A stretch of 64,000 nt of DNA from Octopus bimaculoides (Eukaryota). Position 1 is the first letter of the stretch. The number at the start of each line of letters is the position of its first letter. Both the position numbers and the translations under genes were made by a program. Location of the stretch: assembly GCF_001194135.2 (NCBI RefSeq), contig NC_068985.1:55080670-55144669 (forward strand). The letters are read 5' to 3'. The notes under the pieces are model-generated. The model searched no databases, had not been told where the DNA came from, and saw nothing but the letters and a program-made list of their open reading frames with translations. This document shows positions 1 to 11,745 of the stretch, in pieces.

Positions 1-59
1 ATAACTAATAATATTTTATTATAGAATTACAATAGGATTTTTAAAAAATACATTGAATG

Positions 60-120
60 GCTAGAATAAAATAAGGATCAAAAGGGTCCATAGGCAAAAA
101 ATGGTTGAGAACCACTGCTC
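60..120 (+). mobile_element. Possible terminal fragment of a hAT-like non-autonomous DNA transposon
   Basis: Ends in ...GGGTCCATAGGCAAAAAATGGTTGAGAACCACTG, resembling hAT/Charlie-type MITE ends; the other end is not in the window. Confidence 0.3.
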
Positions 121-179
121 GGCACAGTTGGTTTGACTAGTAGTCAAATCTTCATCAAGTCAAATTCCACTATCTGAAG

Positions 180-306
180 CTTTAGCACGCTGAAGATGCA
201 TCACATCACCATACAAGTTCTCTCCCCTCCCAATGCGACACAGTGCAACTGCAGCTACAAGGGAGAAAACTTGTATGCTGTCATGATGTACCTAAGTGTG
301 CTAAAG
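180..306. repeat. Imperfect inverted repeat (fold-back/MITE relic)
   Basis: Arm 180-226 (CTTTAGCAC...CATACAAGTTCTCTCCC) is the reverse complement of arm 261-306 (GGGAGAAAACTTGTATG...GTGCTAAAG). Confidence 0.75.
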
Positions 307-504
307 GTTAAAAAGAGGACATGCTGGATACTGTTAACTGTTGGTACACAAAAGGACAGGGTGGTCACAACTGGGATACCTTTGATTATAGGTATGCTTA
401 ACCGGAGACAAATGGTAACTACAGCATCTTCCATACATATATTTTGTATAAATCTATGTAATTGGTAGGAAATTCGTTACAAATTTAAGTGTTTGAACAT
501 ATTG

Positions 505-650
505 TAGGCACAGGCATAGCTGTGTGGTTAAGAATTTTGCTTCATGACCACATGATCTTGGGTTCAGACCCATGGCATGGCACTTAGCCTAAGGTCAACC
601 TAAGACATGTGAGTGAATTTAGTAGACAGAAACTAAGAGAAGCCTATCAT
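505..650 (+). mobile_element. SINE family A (tRNA-like head, CORE-like middle), decayed 5' part
   Basis: GGCATAGCTGTGTGGTTAAG (A-box-like) ... GGGTTCAGACCC (B-box-like) ... GTAGACAGAAACT; the same motif string recurs about 20 times in the window. Confidence 0.8.
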
Positions 651-729
651 ATATCATCGTCATTTAATGTCCATTTTCCATGCTGGCATTGGTTAAACAC
701 ACACACATACATACATATGCACGTATCTT

Positions 730-970
730 CATGTTACCATGACATGACAAGCTAATATTGTAAACAAATGTCACTTTCATATAATTGGTGTAGTTATTTA
801 CAATCTTCCACAAAAACATATTTGAACATTGTGTTGTTCTTGTTCAAAGGACTAAGTGAAAAATATTACCTTGCTTGGAAACTAGTGTAGGTTGGCAACA
901 GGAAGAACCTCTGGTTGACAGAAATCTGTCTCAACAGATTTCATCTGACCCATGCAGGTATGGAAAATTA
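730..970 (+). mobile_element. SINE family C / RTE-tail element 3' part
   Basis: AAAATATTACCTTGCTTGGAAAC...GGTTGGCAACAGGAAG...GAAATCTGTCTC...CCCATGCAGGTATGGAAA; similar copies near 11830-12045, 24840-25095, 41400-41620(-), 45060-45310, 47080-47320, 51400-51610. Confidence 0.7.
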
Positions 971-999
971 TGTAAATACACACACAGAAACATATATAA

Positions 1000-1034
1000 A
1001 CATCTATAACATATACACATGCATACATATACAG

Positions 1035-1092
<58 letters not shown>

Positions 1093-1125
1093 NNNNNNNN
1101 NNTATATATATATATATATATATAT
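1000..1125. repeat. Compound (CA)/(CT)n/(TA)n microsatellite around a 10-N gap
   Basis: Direct reading; gap at 1093-1102. Confidence 0.95.
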
Positions 1126-1180
1126 GAGTGAATGGACAAATGAAAGATGGGCATTCAATAAATTTATTGGACGTTACATG

Positions 1181-1332
1181 TATGGATCAAAACAGTTTGA
1201 TTCAGATTCGTTGGTACTCTTGAGTTTCAAGCAAGATGCTAATCATCAGCTATTTCAAAATGGCTGACAACTAGCATCACACTTGAAACTCAAGAGTATT
1301 AACGAATTTGAATCAAACTGTTCTGATCCATA
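1181..1332. mobile_element. ~150-bp hairpin MITE-like element flanked by TA
   Basis: TATGGATCAAAACAGTTTGATTCAGATTCGTT...GATGCTA pairs with TAGCATC...AACGAATTTGAATCAAACTGTTCTGATCCATA; arms about 61 bp. Confidence 0.75.
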
Positions 1333-2872
1333 TATATATATATATAAAACTTACTGTATAAAGGTTAACGCATGCATTCTGTCGTGATACAAACAATATA
1401 TGAGTATATGCATATATATGTACATGTATGTATATACCTTCATCCACATGTACATATAGATACATAACTGGGTACATGACGTGGCAAAAGAACATGGACA
1501 AAATGGTAAACAAGGTGCAACAAACAAGCAGGCCACATAGAAACATCCCCTTCATCAGCTGCCACCATTAAAACCCCGGCGTTTCAAGGATTTTATTATC
1601 TGTGAATTTCAATAAAAATAGTTTTTTTTTGTTTTGTTCAAGACAGTAAACGAAGTAAACTGGTTACAGGTCAATAAAGTAATTAAAGTTTCAAAGTGCA
1701 GATTAAGCAGAGAAGTCAGTAGAAAAGTTGGTTAAAGAGAAGGCTTAGGGCGGAAGTGAAGAATGGACAATAAGAAAAAACAAAGTGGGAGTTGAGAATG
1801 TTTGTTAGATAGTGGTTAGTACAAAGTCAAAATGAGAACACTAGCTTAGCTGGGTTAAAGTTAAAACTAGTTATAAAAATCAAAAATATTTCATACATCT
1901 GCACACACAAAATTATTTTCAACTGAAACTTCACAAATTATGGCACTCAGCTTCATGTTTTACTGATTTGGGTATAATAAAAGAACTGAATCAACCAATC
2001 TTATATTTTATATATGAAACAAAAAAAAAAACCTTTGATCATTAGGTACATGTTAAGACATTTTTATCTGTTTGGAATGTAAAACAGTAAAGCCCTAGGC
2101 TGTCCCGCATTCCTCTGCTAGTGATTTCAAAATATTTTAACACAACTTTTGATCTAGGATTACAAAAGTTCTAAAGAGTTTCTTTCAAACAACAGGCTCA
2201 TTTTTTTGTCTCTGAAATATAAAGATCACAACCAGTGTTACACTTTTTTTATAAAATATGGCATGTTTTCATATCTTCCAGATGATTTAATAGTATGATA
2301 TGATTAGTTTTTTAAAATAATATGCATGATCTCAATAAATTGTCACAAAATCTTTCATAGTTTCTGAAGGCATATTTATGTTGATTATATCTTAACTTAA
2401 AGCAACTTCCCATTAATCTATATAAACTGCTATAAATACTTTCACTCAATAAACTACCAGTTTACCAATTCAAAAGATAAAATATTTAAAGTAATTTACA
2501 GGGTTAACACAATTGCACAAACAGAAAGAATTAAATATATCTAGTTATTAACAATTTTTTACTATTGATTATTTCCATACTGAAAGTGAGAACAACTGAA
2601 ATTTAATTTTAGCATTATTCTTAGTATACTGATATTTTACACAATTTATGATTGTTGAGGACAACATTTATATAATAAGTTAGTGAAATGTTTAGTAATA
2701 CTTGTACTCACAGTAAAACTGACAAAAGTATGACGCAAAAACATTTTTACATCTTTGGCCTCTTTTGAGGTATGTATTTCTGCCTCTACAGGCACCATCA
2801 TCTCATCACTTGCCCTTCTTTATCTACAGCAACCAAGGGACTTAGGCCAATACATAAATGCACACACACACA

Positions 2873-2906
<34 letters not shown>

Positions 2907-3564
2907 AAGCAGGTTTTGCCTACCAAATTCCATTCACAAGGTATTGATCTACTCCAGGCTATGACAATACTTGCCCAAGGCGCACTCAGTTAGACTGTAC
3001 CCAAGCATACATTTGTGAAGCAAATTTATAAACCACCCTGCCTTATCATGATATGTTCTTGCTGTAATAGCTAAAATTCATACAATATCAACTGACTGGA
3101 GAATTGCTTATCAGCAAAAAATGGTGTTTAAAAAAAAGAAAAAAGAAATAAGTTTCATTAAAATACATTTATTAAATTTTGACCAATTCATCTCACATAG
3201 TAAGACAATTAATAAGAAAAAAGACTAATTGAATGATACCAATTTGAAAATATATTTAAAAAAAATAGGTTCTTTCTTTCTTAATTTTCTTTATTTCATT
3301 TTTTCTTTCTTTCCAATAATTTACTATAAAGATATTTCACAGGTAAACAAACTAGTTTAATGAAGGAATTCAAATAAATGAGATAAAAATCTTGTTCCAG
3401 AAGGCGAAAATAATTATGTGTGAGGAAATGCATTTCTTTTTAATGTAAGTGAGTGCATTTGTTTTTATTCTTCATATATATATATATATATACATACATA
3501 CATACATACATACATATACATATATATATATATATATACATACACACACACAAACATATGATGA

Positions 3565-3786
3565 GAATCCAAGTGAGACATGCAAACAACTCATGGAAAA
3601 GGCAATAAACATGGGATATCTCTCATTACCACCCATGGAGTTCAGAAAAGTGAAACTCCAATTTAATTATAATCCAACTTTAAACACATTGAAACTACAC
3701 TGACTCCGGCTTCCATGGGTGATGAGAAGTATTCCATGTTTATTGCTTTTTTTCTGTTAATAGTTTGCATGTCTCACTTTGATTTC
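3565..3786. repeat. Inverted repeat, ~75-bp arms (fold-back relic)
   Basis: AAGTGAGACATGCAAAC...GCAATAAACATGG...CACCCATGGA (3565-3640) versus TCCATGGGTG...CCATGTTTATTGC...GTTTGCATGTCTCACTT (3711-3786). Confidence 0.75.
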
Positions 3787-4299
3787 CACATTTCTAGCGC
3801 ACACACCATCCTACTATTGCTTAAAGACACATACATGCATGCAAACTCAAACATATACACACAAGAATTAAATTTTACATTGTCGTTAATCTGAAATTTT
3901 CATTGCATTTTGATTTGATTAAAGGCTTACACATACATACGCAATCTTAGATGATCAGGTAATTCCATTAATTCTACTTTTTATCTATAAGAAGACAATC
4001 TTATTAGTAAATAGGTTTTCTCCAGACAATGAAAATGAGAAAGAAAAGACAATAATTGTTATCATTGCTAATTATTTCCAATTTACTACTGATTTGTGGT
4101 CATTCTTGAAAAACATAATAATTATTCCAAGAGATCTGTGTTAACTATCACATCAACAGTTCAAAGTTGATTACAAATGAAGTCTATTAAAGCAATACTT
4201 AATAACTACAGTAAAACCAAAGTTGATAAAATAGCTAAAAGTAGTTAAGTCCGAGCTCCTACAAATCAATACAAAGAAGTCATGTGAGAATTGTGACAG

Positions 4300-5535
4300 T
4301 AGATGATGCAATATTTGGAGTGTCATTTATAAAATAGAAATATACTATAAAGTAGGGAGAAGTTCCTGAGAAGTCAAATCCATGATCAAGTTTTAATCCT
4401 GTTTGCAGCCAATCTATTTTGAATATACTATTGATGTCCTTGGAGATATGATACTTTTACAATCATCTATCCTCTCAAATGTAATTATGAGGATTTATGA
4501 AACCTGATGCATGAAATCAATGATTTTTTTCTTTGAAGCATATTGAAGTTATATTTGATGGAGTAGATCATATTCATATTGCTTTAATATTCTTCCCCTA
4601 ATTTCAGCAGTTGGAGCAGGAAGAACCATAGCTAAAAAGAGTAGATTTCAGTCCTTGATATAAACTTTTGGTGCTGATATAGTGACCTGTAAAGGGTTAC
4701 ATGAAGTTCCAATATCAAAACTATTACTTGAAGCAGTAGCATATCTACAGGCCTCAAGTAATGTGGAAAGAGACCCTGTGAGACCTTTGACAACAGGCTG
4801 CTGTCTGCTCTTACAGAATTAACCAGAGCAAGTACAGCCAAAGGCTCTACAAAGTAAAATGGAAATAATAACAACAAATAATAACAGGTATCAGCAAAAT
4901 GTAGAATGTGTGAAATTTGGAATGAAACAATGGCACAGATTGTTGAAGAATATCCAAAGTTGTCTCAGGGAGAATATAAAAAATGGTGATTTGAAGCTGG
5001 AAGTACTTGGGATGATTATCAGTTTGAAAGTGCTTGAATTGCATAGATGCAAGATTTTATGGGATTTTCCTATTCATACGGATAAGAAGCTAGAAAATGA
5101 TAAACCATATATAAAAATAATAGATAGGGAAAAGCAAAGTTGCTTGCTAATTGACTCACCATGTTCATTTGATTCCAGGATTGTAAAGAAAGATGAAAAA
5201 TTTTAAGAAATACAATCCCTTAAAATTGAAATTGCAAGAATTTGGAGTATAAAAATGTAAAGTTTGGGCCTGTAATAACTGGTGCATTAGAAACTGTGAG
5301 TAATGATATACACAAATAGTTAAAGGAGATTGGAATAGAATGTTCTGTACAACTTCTACCGAAAATTTGACTCTTAGGGACAGGAAATATTATCAAAAGA
5401 GTTTTGAACATTTGAAAAATTATTGAAAGCTTGTGAATATCTTAGGTTACAGGTAGTAACCCACTATTCACATAAAATCTACTAGGAGTAAAAACAAACC
5501 AGAGTCAAATCAAATAATAATAACAATAACAACAA
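4300..5535 (+). mobile_element. Decayed 3' half of a non-LTR retrotransposon with restriction-like endonuclease (R4/Dong/NeSL type)
   Basis: Frameshifted translation gives CRMC zinc-knuckle remnant, then KILWDFPIHTDKKLENDKPYIKIIDREKQSCLLID...FDSRIVKK..EK (PD-D/ExK RLE region), then PVITGALETVS..IHK.LKEIGIEC..QLL...LLGT..II.RVLNI; ends in a TAA/CAA-rich tail. Confidence 0.85.
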
Positions 5536-6589
5536 TAAGTGCAAAAGTAGTATATCAATTACCGGTTTTAACTGGTATGACACACATATTGAGAAGAGCA
5601 TTGTCAATGTGAGAAACACTACTACCTATGTATTTTATATTTTACCATTTTCACATAACTTCATTTCATTTTGTGTGTGTTTAGTTTAATGGCCTATCAA
5701 TGTATACAATGAGTTTCTTTCCCCTAAACAGCAAGAAATGGAAACAAAATTGAAAGAAGAAAAACTCATAGTAATAATGTTTTTTGATTTACACACAAGA
5801 CCAGCGTATTTTAAGGGAGGAGATTAATCAATACTGTTAACACCAGAACTTAACTGATACTTTATTTATTTATTTATTTTTTTTGACCTGGCAAATATAT
5901 AAAAAGGTCAAATTGGAGAAGTAGAAGTAGAACAACAACTGAATGTTTATTAACAATTCAGTTTTATGTGAGAAGAATACTTTTATAATGTTTTATTATT
6001 TCTTTTCTGTGCTGTAAATCCAACTGTAGGCTCAAGCTGACAAAATAGATTCTCTGATTGCATAACGATGCAGCTAAGTACAAACTAATAGTTTAACAAA
6101 GATAACGATCTTCTCCCTACATTACCAAATACTTGCAAGAAATGTTTTTCTTTTTGTCAATCAATATTGTGAAATAAGATCTCATAGGAAGAAAAACAAG
6201 AAAAGTGAAAATATATCACTAATAGAGTCAATACAATAATTAAAATTCTTTTGCGAAACTTGTAGCAGTAGTAGTAGTGGTGGTGGTGGTGGTAGAAATG
6301 ATAGCATAGAGAAAAGCTACCTATATTTCGTTAATTTGATTATTTACACAAAGACTATAGTGTGTCTTTCAAGAGACTACTACTACTACTGCTCTATGGA
6401 AATCAATAGATCTATTTTTGTGAGTGTTGCGAGTACATTTGCAGAAAAATCACCAATAATCAAGCATAATTAAGTGATCAATAATAACATTGACTCAAAG
6501 TTGTCTCATGGAATAATTTGGCAAGGATCTTAAATAGATTGAGTCTTAAATTAATTATTAATTTGCTATTTGTTTTAATGACACCTCAC

Positions 6590-6632
6590 AAAGCAATCTA
6601 CAACATTTTCTCTCAGTCTCCATTTCTTGAGT
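6590..6632 (-). CDS. Candidate 43-nt internal exon of an unidentified minus-strand gene
   Basis: Acceptor CTCTTTGCAATTTTCAG, donor TTT|GTGAGG; open in phase 2->0 (LKKWRLRENVVDCF) and phase 0->1; no homology recognised. Confidence 0.2.
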
Positions 6633-6714
6633 CTGAAAATTGCAAAGAGTTCTTGCTAATGGTGCAATTTTTCAGACAGAAAATACCATCTCTTGTAACA
6701 ATAATAAAACTTCT

Positions 6715-7319
6715 TTAACCCTTCTGATGTCAACCTATCTGAGACTATCCCATAGTTCTATGATACCAACTTTAGTGAACTAACTTAAAAACCTTCTATC
6801 AAAATTTATGCTAATTTGTGTTCCAAACACAAGCTTAATATGAAAAAGATATTTTAGAAAATTCTTCATTATTTTAGGAATTAATTGAAACAAAGACAGC
6901 ATATTTCAACAGAAATATGTTAAAATAAGGGTTAACAACGACAAAGTTATTTTACAAAATTCTTGATTATTTTTCAAAACTGACAAAAACAAAAGCAATG
7001 AATTTCAACAGGAATATGGTAAGAAAAGGTTAAAAAATAAAGTTATTTCATTAAATTCTCCATTTTCAAAATTAATTGAAACACAGTGTATTTAACAGGA
7101 ATATAACAAAAGGGTTATATATTTTTTTTAGTGATTTAAGAATTTCACTAAATTCTTCATTATTCCATCAGTTTAGAAAAATTCATAAGATATTTCACTA
7201 AATTTTTCATTATTTTAAGAGTTAATTGAAACAAATATTTCACTAAATTCGTCATTATTTTCAAAATTCATTGAAACAAAGGAAGTGCATTACAACGGAA
7301 ATGGCAACAAAAGGGTTAA
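6715..7319. mobile_element. TTAA-flanked piggyBac-like MITE (6719-6931) followed by tandem copies of its terminal ~85-100 bp
   Basis: TTAA|CCCTT...AAGGG|TTAA, then repeats ending AAGGTTAA (7033), GGGTTA (7117), AAGGGTTAA (7319); family copies at 23325-23560, 36845-37076, 37100-37325, 44475-44690(-), 59385-59520(-), 60060-60350. Confidence 0.7.
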
Positions 7320-7484
7320 TGGGGAGGTTCAGCTCCATATTATTAATGAAACTGTCCCATAAATCTTGTGCCAAACCAGATGACATTTCTTTATCAGCAA
7401 AACAAGATCTGTGTCAAAGTAAACAAAGTCTTCAGTATTAGTTGTTTTCCTCAGCATTTTTTTTATCTCTGTTGATGTGTGTCT

Positions 7485-7520
<36 letters not shown>

Positions 7521-8754
7521 AAGGGGGGATGGAGAGAGAGAGAGAGAGAGAGAGAGACATTTAGACAGACAGACAGAGAAGTTGAAGAGTCATGCAAATC
7601 TACAGAATGGACAATCCAGAAATAATCGAAGCCCACTCCAAGCCAACCTGCCCACCCTCCAGGCTCCTTACATATAATAAAAACATCATGTGTCAAGTAC
7701 AGTTAGTTCATGGATGTCAATACTCTCCACAGTTAACTGAAGTCAATATCCCTTAAGAAATAGCTTGCTGAGATAAAGAGACACCAGGCAGACAAACGGT
7801 GTATTTACTTTTGGAATCAACTACACAAATGATACAACAGTAGCAGAACAAACAACTTACTCACAATTTACAAATTAAAGGGCCCCCAAAAAGTGCACTA
7901 TTATTCAAGACTGAAACTTCACTCACTAGAAAGAACACCATTCTGAGGCTACATGGAAGAGACTAGATACTAAGTTGGATTGAATGTGTTGAGGTGTTTC
8001 TTCTGACATTTGGCACTTGGGATTCACATCCCATCAAAAGTGACTTTGCTTTACATCCTTTCAGGATCAATGAAAGAAAATAGAAAATCCAGGGCAGCGA
8101 ATTTATGGAATTGTAAGAACATTAGACTCGGCTCCTAGTGGAGTCTGTTATAGTTCTTTGCATTCCAAGTTCAAACCCTGTCATGATCTACTTAATTCCT
8201 CACCTGTCTTAATACCACCATTCAGTACCTTGGGTAGTTTTTGCAGAGTCCACTCTGCTGCAGACAATCAGGCTAGGTGTTTAGTCTGAGGATACTGTCC
8301 TTCTTCCTGCCCACCTATCTTGGAGGCCCAATAAAAGCTCACAGGTACTACTTTCCCTCCTGACTAAAAAGCCAAAAATAGTTGGTAATGCAACAGGTTG
8401 TAACTAAACTACAATCAACATTTCTTTTAGAATCATGATTCAAAATAACAGATTTTACAGTTTGTTTTACAGCTAGGTACTCATATTGCTGTTAATCCTT
8501 GCCTGCTTTTCAGGCAAGGGATCATTTATTCTATATGGCTTTGAAAGCACAAATCAATTGGACAATATAATGAGAGGAGATATGCCAACAACACTGAGCA
8601 AATGTCATAACTTTTGAATAAGTAAGCTGCAGGTGTAAAGAAACATAGACACACATGTGTATTGTATACACATACATTTGCACCACACACATATATGATG
8701 GGCTTTTTTTTTCTAATAATCGTGCAAGAGAGGAGATTGCACTGGTTTGTCATG

Positions 8755-9315
8755 TGATGCGGTTGGATGAGGACAGTTGCATAAAAAAGAGACTGCACTT
8801 GTTTGTCATATGATGCAGCTGAATGAGGACAGTTGCAATAAAAAAGTGCCAATCACTTAAAGTGGAAGGAAATTGTGGAAGAGGGAGGCTCAGGAAGACA
8901 TGGGACAAAGTATTGAAGGCTGATCTCAAAACACTGAACTGTGCAAAGGAGATGACAGAGGATAGAAATGTGGTGCATTGCTGTACTCAAGAAGACTCAC
9001 CCACCACAGCAAAATTGAGATCCTAAAAACCAAGGTACCAAGCAAAAAGCATTGGTGTGAGAGCTGGTGCTGTGTGAAATGCACTGATGCTGGTGCCACT
9101 TAAAAAGCATTGGGGATGGTGCCATGTAAAAAGTACCCAATACACTGTAAAGTCACTGGCATTAAAAAGGGTATACAGTTGTAGAAACCAAGCCAAAAAC
9201 AGACTATGGAACTTGGTGCAGCCTCTGGCCTTACCAGTTCCTGTCAGGCCATCCAATTTATGCCAGCATAGAAAATGCACATCTAATTAAAATGATGATG
9301 ATGATGATGATGAAA
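8755..9315 (+). mobile_element. 5'-truncated RTE-clade LINE (ORF2 C-terminus + 3' UTR + (GAT)n tail)
   Basis: KKCQSLKVEGNCGRGRLRKTWDKVLKADLKTL is a typical RTE C-terminal GRPRKTW motif; the tail ends ...TAATTAAAATGATGATGATG. Confidence 0.85.
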
Positions 9316-9464
9316 TCCATTTACAAGGTTTGGTTGGCTTGGGACTATAATAGAAGACAACTTGCTTGGATACTGCAGTGAAATTGAACCTGAAACCATA
9401 CAGTTGGGAAGTGAACTCCTTAACCAAGCAGCGTTGCCAGTGCCTAAATTATTCTGCCAAATAA

Positions 9465-10400
9465 TGTAGATTGAATTATATCTGAAAATGATATATTTAC
9501 CTTGTTATATCCTTAAAAATGTTGGATTATTTATAATGCCCACTTCAGTATGCAGTGTACTTAGTATAACCAGTAAAGACATGACTATCTCTGACCACCT
9601 ACTAGTACTCTCTTTACTTATAGTGACTAAGATATTCCATTCGTCACATACGAGGGGGGGTACCATTATTACTAATTCCATACATTTCCCCTTTTAAGTT
9701 TTTCTTAGGAAGTGTGATTTTATTTAGTAATAATTTTTTTTATTCACCCCACCTCCCTTTTTTGTACAATTTAATATTTTTTTGCGCTTGGTATTTATTT
9801 TCAGGAACTCTGTATGTTTTCTTTTCCTCTTACTTGTACGTCTGGGTTCAATCACCTGCAGTGGCATTGGTACTCGGAACATATAATACAACCATTCCAT
9901 CAGTTCCTCCAACTTCTTTGGTTCACTTTTCACGAATCTCTTTTTCAGTTGGTTCCTGTGTCTCTTTTATATGCCTTTTCTACGTTTTACCCAATATATC
10001 ATTTTACCTATGCATTTGGTAATAACACCACCTTCCTACCTCTGCTTTCCATTCTTGTATGCCCTCATATATACCTTTTCACCAACTTTAAAGAATCTTG
10101 CTATGGCACTTTTTCTTTTCTTGCAAGGTAGCAATTTATTAAAGACTGATTTTACTTTCCTTGCAAACATCAGCTCCACTGGTGAGCTATCTGCTGGTGT
10201 ATATGGATTTCGTGTCACACATACACTCTTAAAAATTGTTGTAGAGCTACCTCATCCATGACTTCCTTATTTGACTTTCTAAGGGCTCTTTTGAAGGTAT
10301 CGACAAAGCGTTCTGCCTGTCCATTAGATCTGGGATGGTATGGCACCGTCATTATACGTTCTACCACAAACATTTCACAAAATTTTTTTAATTTGCTAGA
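9465..10400 (-). mobile_element. Ty3/Gypsy LTR-retrotransposon 3' fragment (integrase C-half, PPT, 3' LTR)
   Basis: Minus translation PYHPRSNGQAERFVDTFKRAL...FLRVY/VTRNPYTPADSSPVELMFARKVKSVFNKLLP...FKVGEKVYMR; polypurine tract AAAAGGGGAAA at 9685-9695 directly abuts TGTA...TACA (9465-9684). Confidence 0.85.
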
Positions 10401-10779
10401 CTAATATTATTACTGGCTTTGATTTGCTGACAAGGTCAGAATAAAACTGAAGCATTCCCAGACTTGTCTCCCTTGCTTGATGGTAAAGTGGAAACAACAT
10501 TAGCAACCAGTTATTTTCTTTTCATCACTGTACGTTTTATATCTGGTTAACTTTTTAATAGCTCATATATGAAATACGGAAATATTGAAATAGAAAAAAA
10601 AGCAATCTGAACAACTTTTGAAAAGTGAAGATGAAAGTCACCTAGAAGAAGTAGAGAATAAAGCCAAAAAAATATAGCTTTGGAAGTAGCTGAAAAAATA
10701 TAATAAAAGAAAATTAAAATATTAAAACAAAAAAAAAACAACTGAAGTGAACAACAGATGAGATATGAGATAAAATTGA

Positions 10780-11310
10780 AACAAGGAAGGAGATCTGTAA
10801 AAAGTAGCAGTATGACATCATCTGAATCTAAAGAATATCAACAGCTGAAACACGAAGGATGAAGGAAAAAAAAAAAAAGAGAAAAACATCAACAAAATCT
10901 GAGCTGGAAGTATAAAACAAAACAAAAAGAAAACTTGTATGACAAACACTACAAGAGATGTTTACAAAACAGTGAAGCTAACAACAAGAGCATTTCACCA
11001 AAAAAATAGCAAAGATGGTAATATGCTTTGTGAAGGGAAATATTTATAAAAGGAAAGATGGAATGAATGGTTCTGGTACTTATACATAAACATAAGACAT
11101 GTTAATCAAAATGATCAAAGTGAGAATTGTGTTAAGAAAGACAAATTCCATCAGCAACGTCAATGGAGAGGCTGAAGAATAACAAAAGTTCTGCTAGATA
11201 TGACACAGCAGCAGAAGTTTAGCAAAAAAGAAAAAAAAAAAATGCAATTATGGTCAATAGTAGTAGAAAGGAAATTTTCTCAACATTTTACAGAATTATC
11301 AAAAATATTT
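10780..11310 (+). mobile_element. Highly decayed RTE-type LINE fragment (EN-RT linker and start of RT)
   Basis: Broken frames give KDGNMLCEGK...KERWNEW and LKNNKS.ARYD.AAE (equivalent to LKNNKSPGxDxIPAE). Confidence 0.5.
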
Positions 11311-11320
11311 TATTCTCATA

Positions 11321-11745
11321 GGTGCAGGCCTAGCCATGTGGTTAAGAGGTTTGCTTCCAAACCACATTATCAAGAATAAAGCTCCTTCTCGAGTCATATA
11401 GGCCCATAGGGCCAACTTCCCAGATTCTCTGATGTATATATTCTCCACTGGATGAAACACTAGTCTGTTGCAGAATTACTCATTTTTGCTAGCATAGAGG
11501 ACTGGAGCAATGTAAAATAAAGTGTTATGCTGAAGAACACAACACATTGCCTGTTCCAGGAATTGAAACCACAATCTTATGACCATGAGACCAACACCCT
11601 AATCACTAAGCTATGCGCATTTACCCCAACCACATGGTTTCAGATTAAGTCCTGCTGCATAGCACCGTGAGCAAGAGCCTTCTACTATAGGCAGACCAAA
11701 GTCTTCTGAGTGGCTCTGGTAGACAAGAACTGAAAAAATCCTGCT
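11321..11745 (+). mobile_element. SINE A interrupted by a minus-strand SINE D (11368-11624) with target-site duplication
   Basis: SINE A head stops at CCAAACCACAT (11357-11367) and resumes at CCCAACCACAT (11625-11635); the insert has its own A-box (TAGCTTAGTGATTAGG) and B-box (GGTTTCAATTCC) on the minus strand. Confidence 0.8.

Noticed and set aside
1313-1600. Hydrophobic minus ORF MKGMFLCGLLVCCTLFTILSMFF... suggesting a TM segment
   Set aside because: T-rich composition of the strand produces hydrophobic residues; the upstream acceptor at about 1580 is not in this frame and the ORF runs into microsatellite
3401-3444. Plus-strand AG...GTAAGT 44-nt candidate exon (KAKIIMCEEMHFFL)
   Set aside because: Short pyrimidine tract, isolated, opposite to the apparent strand bias, no homology recognised
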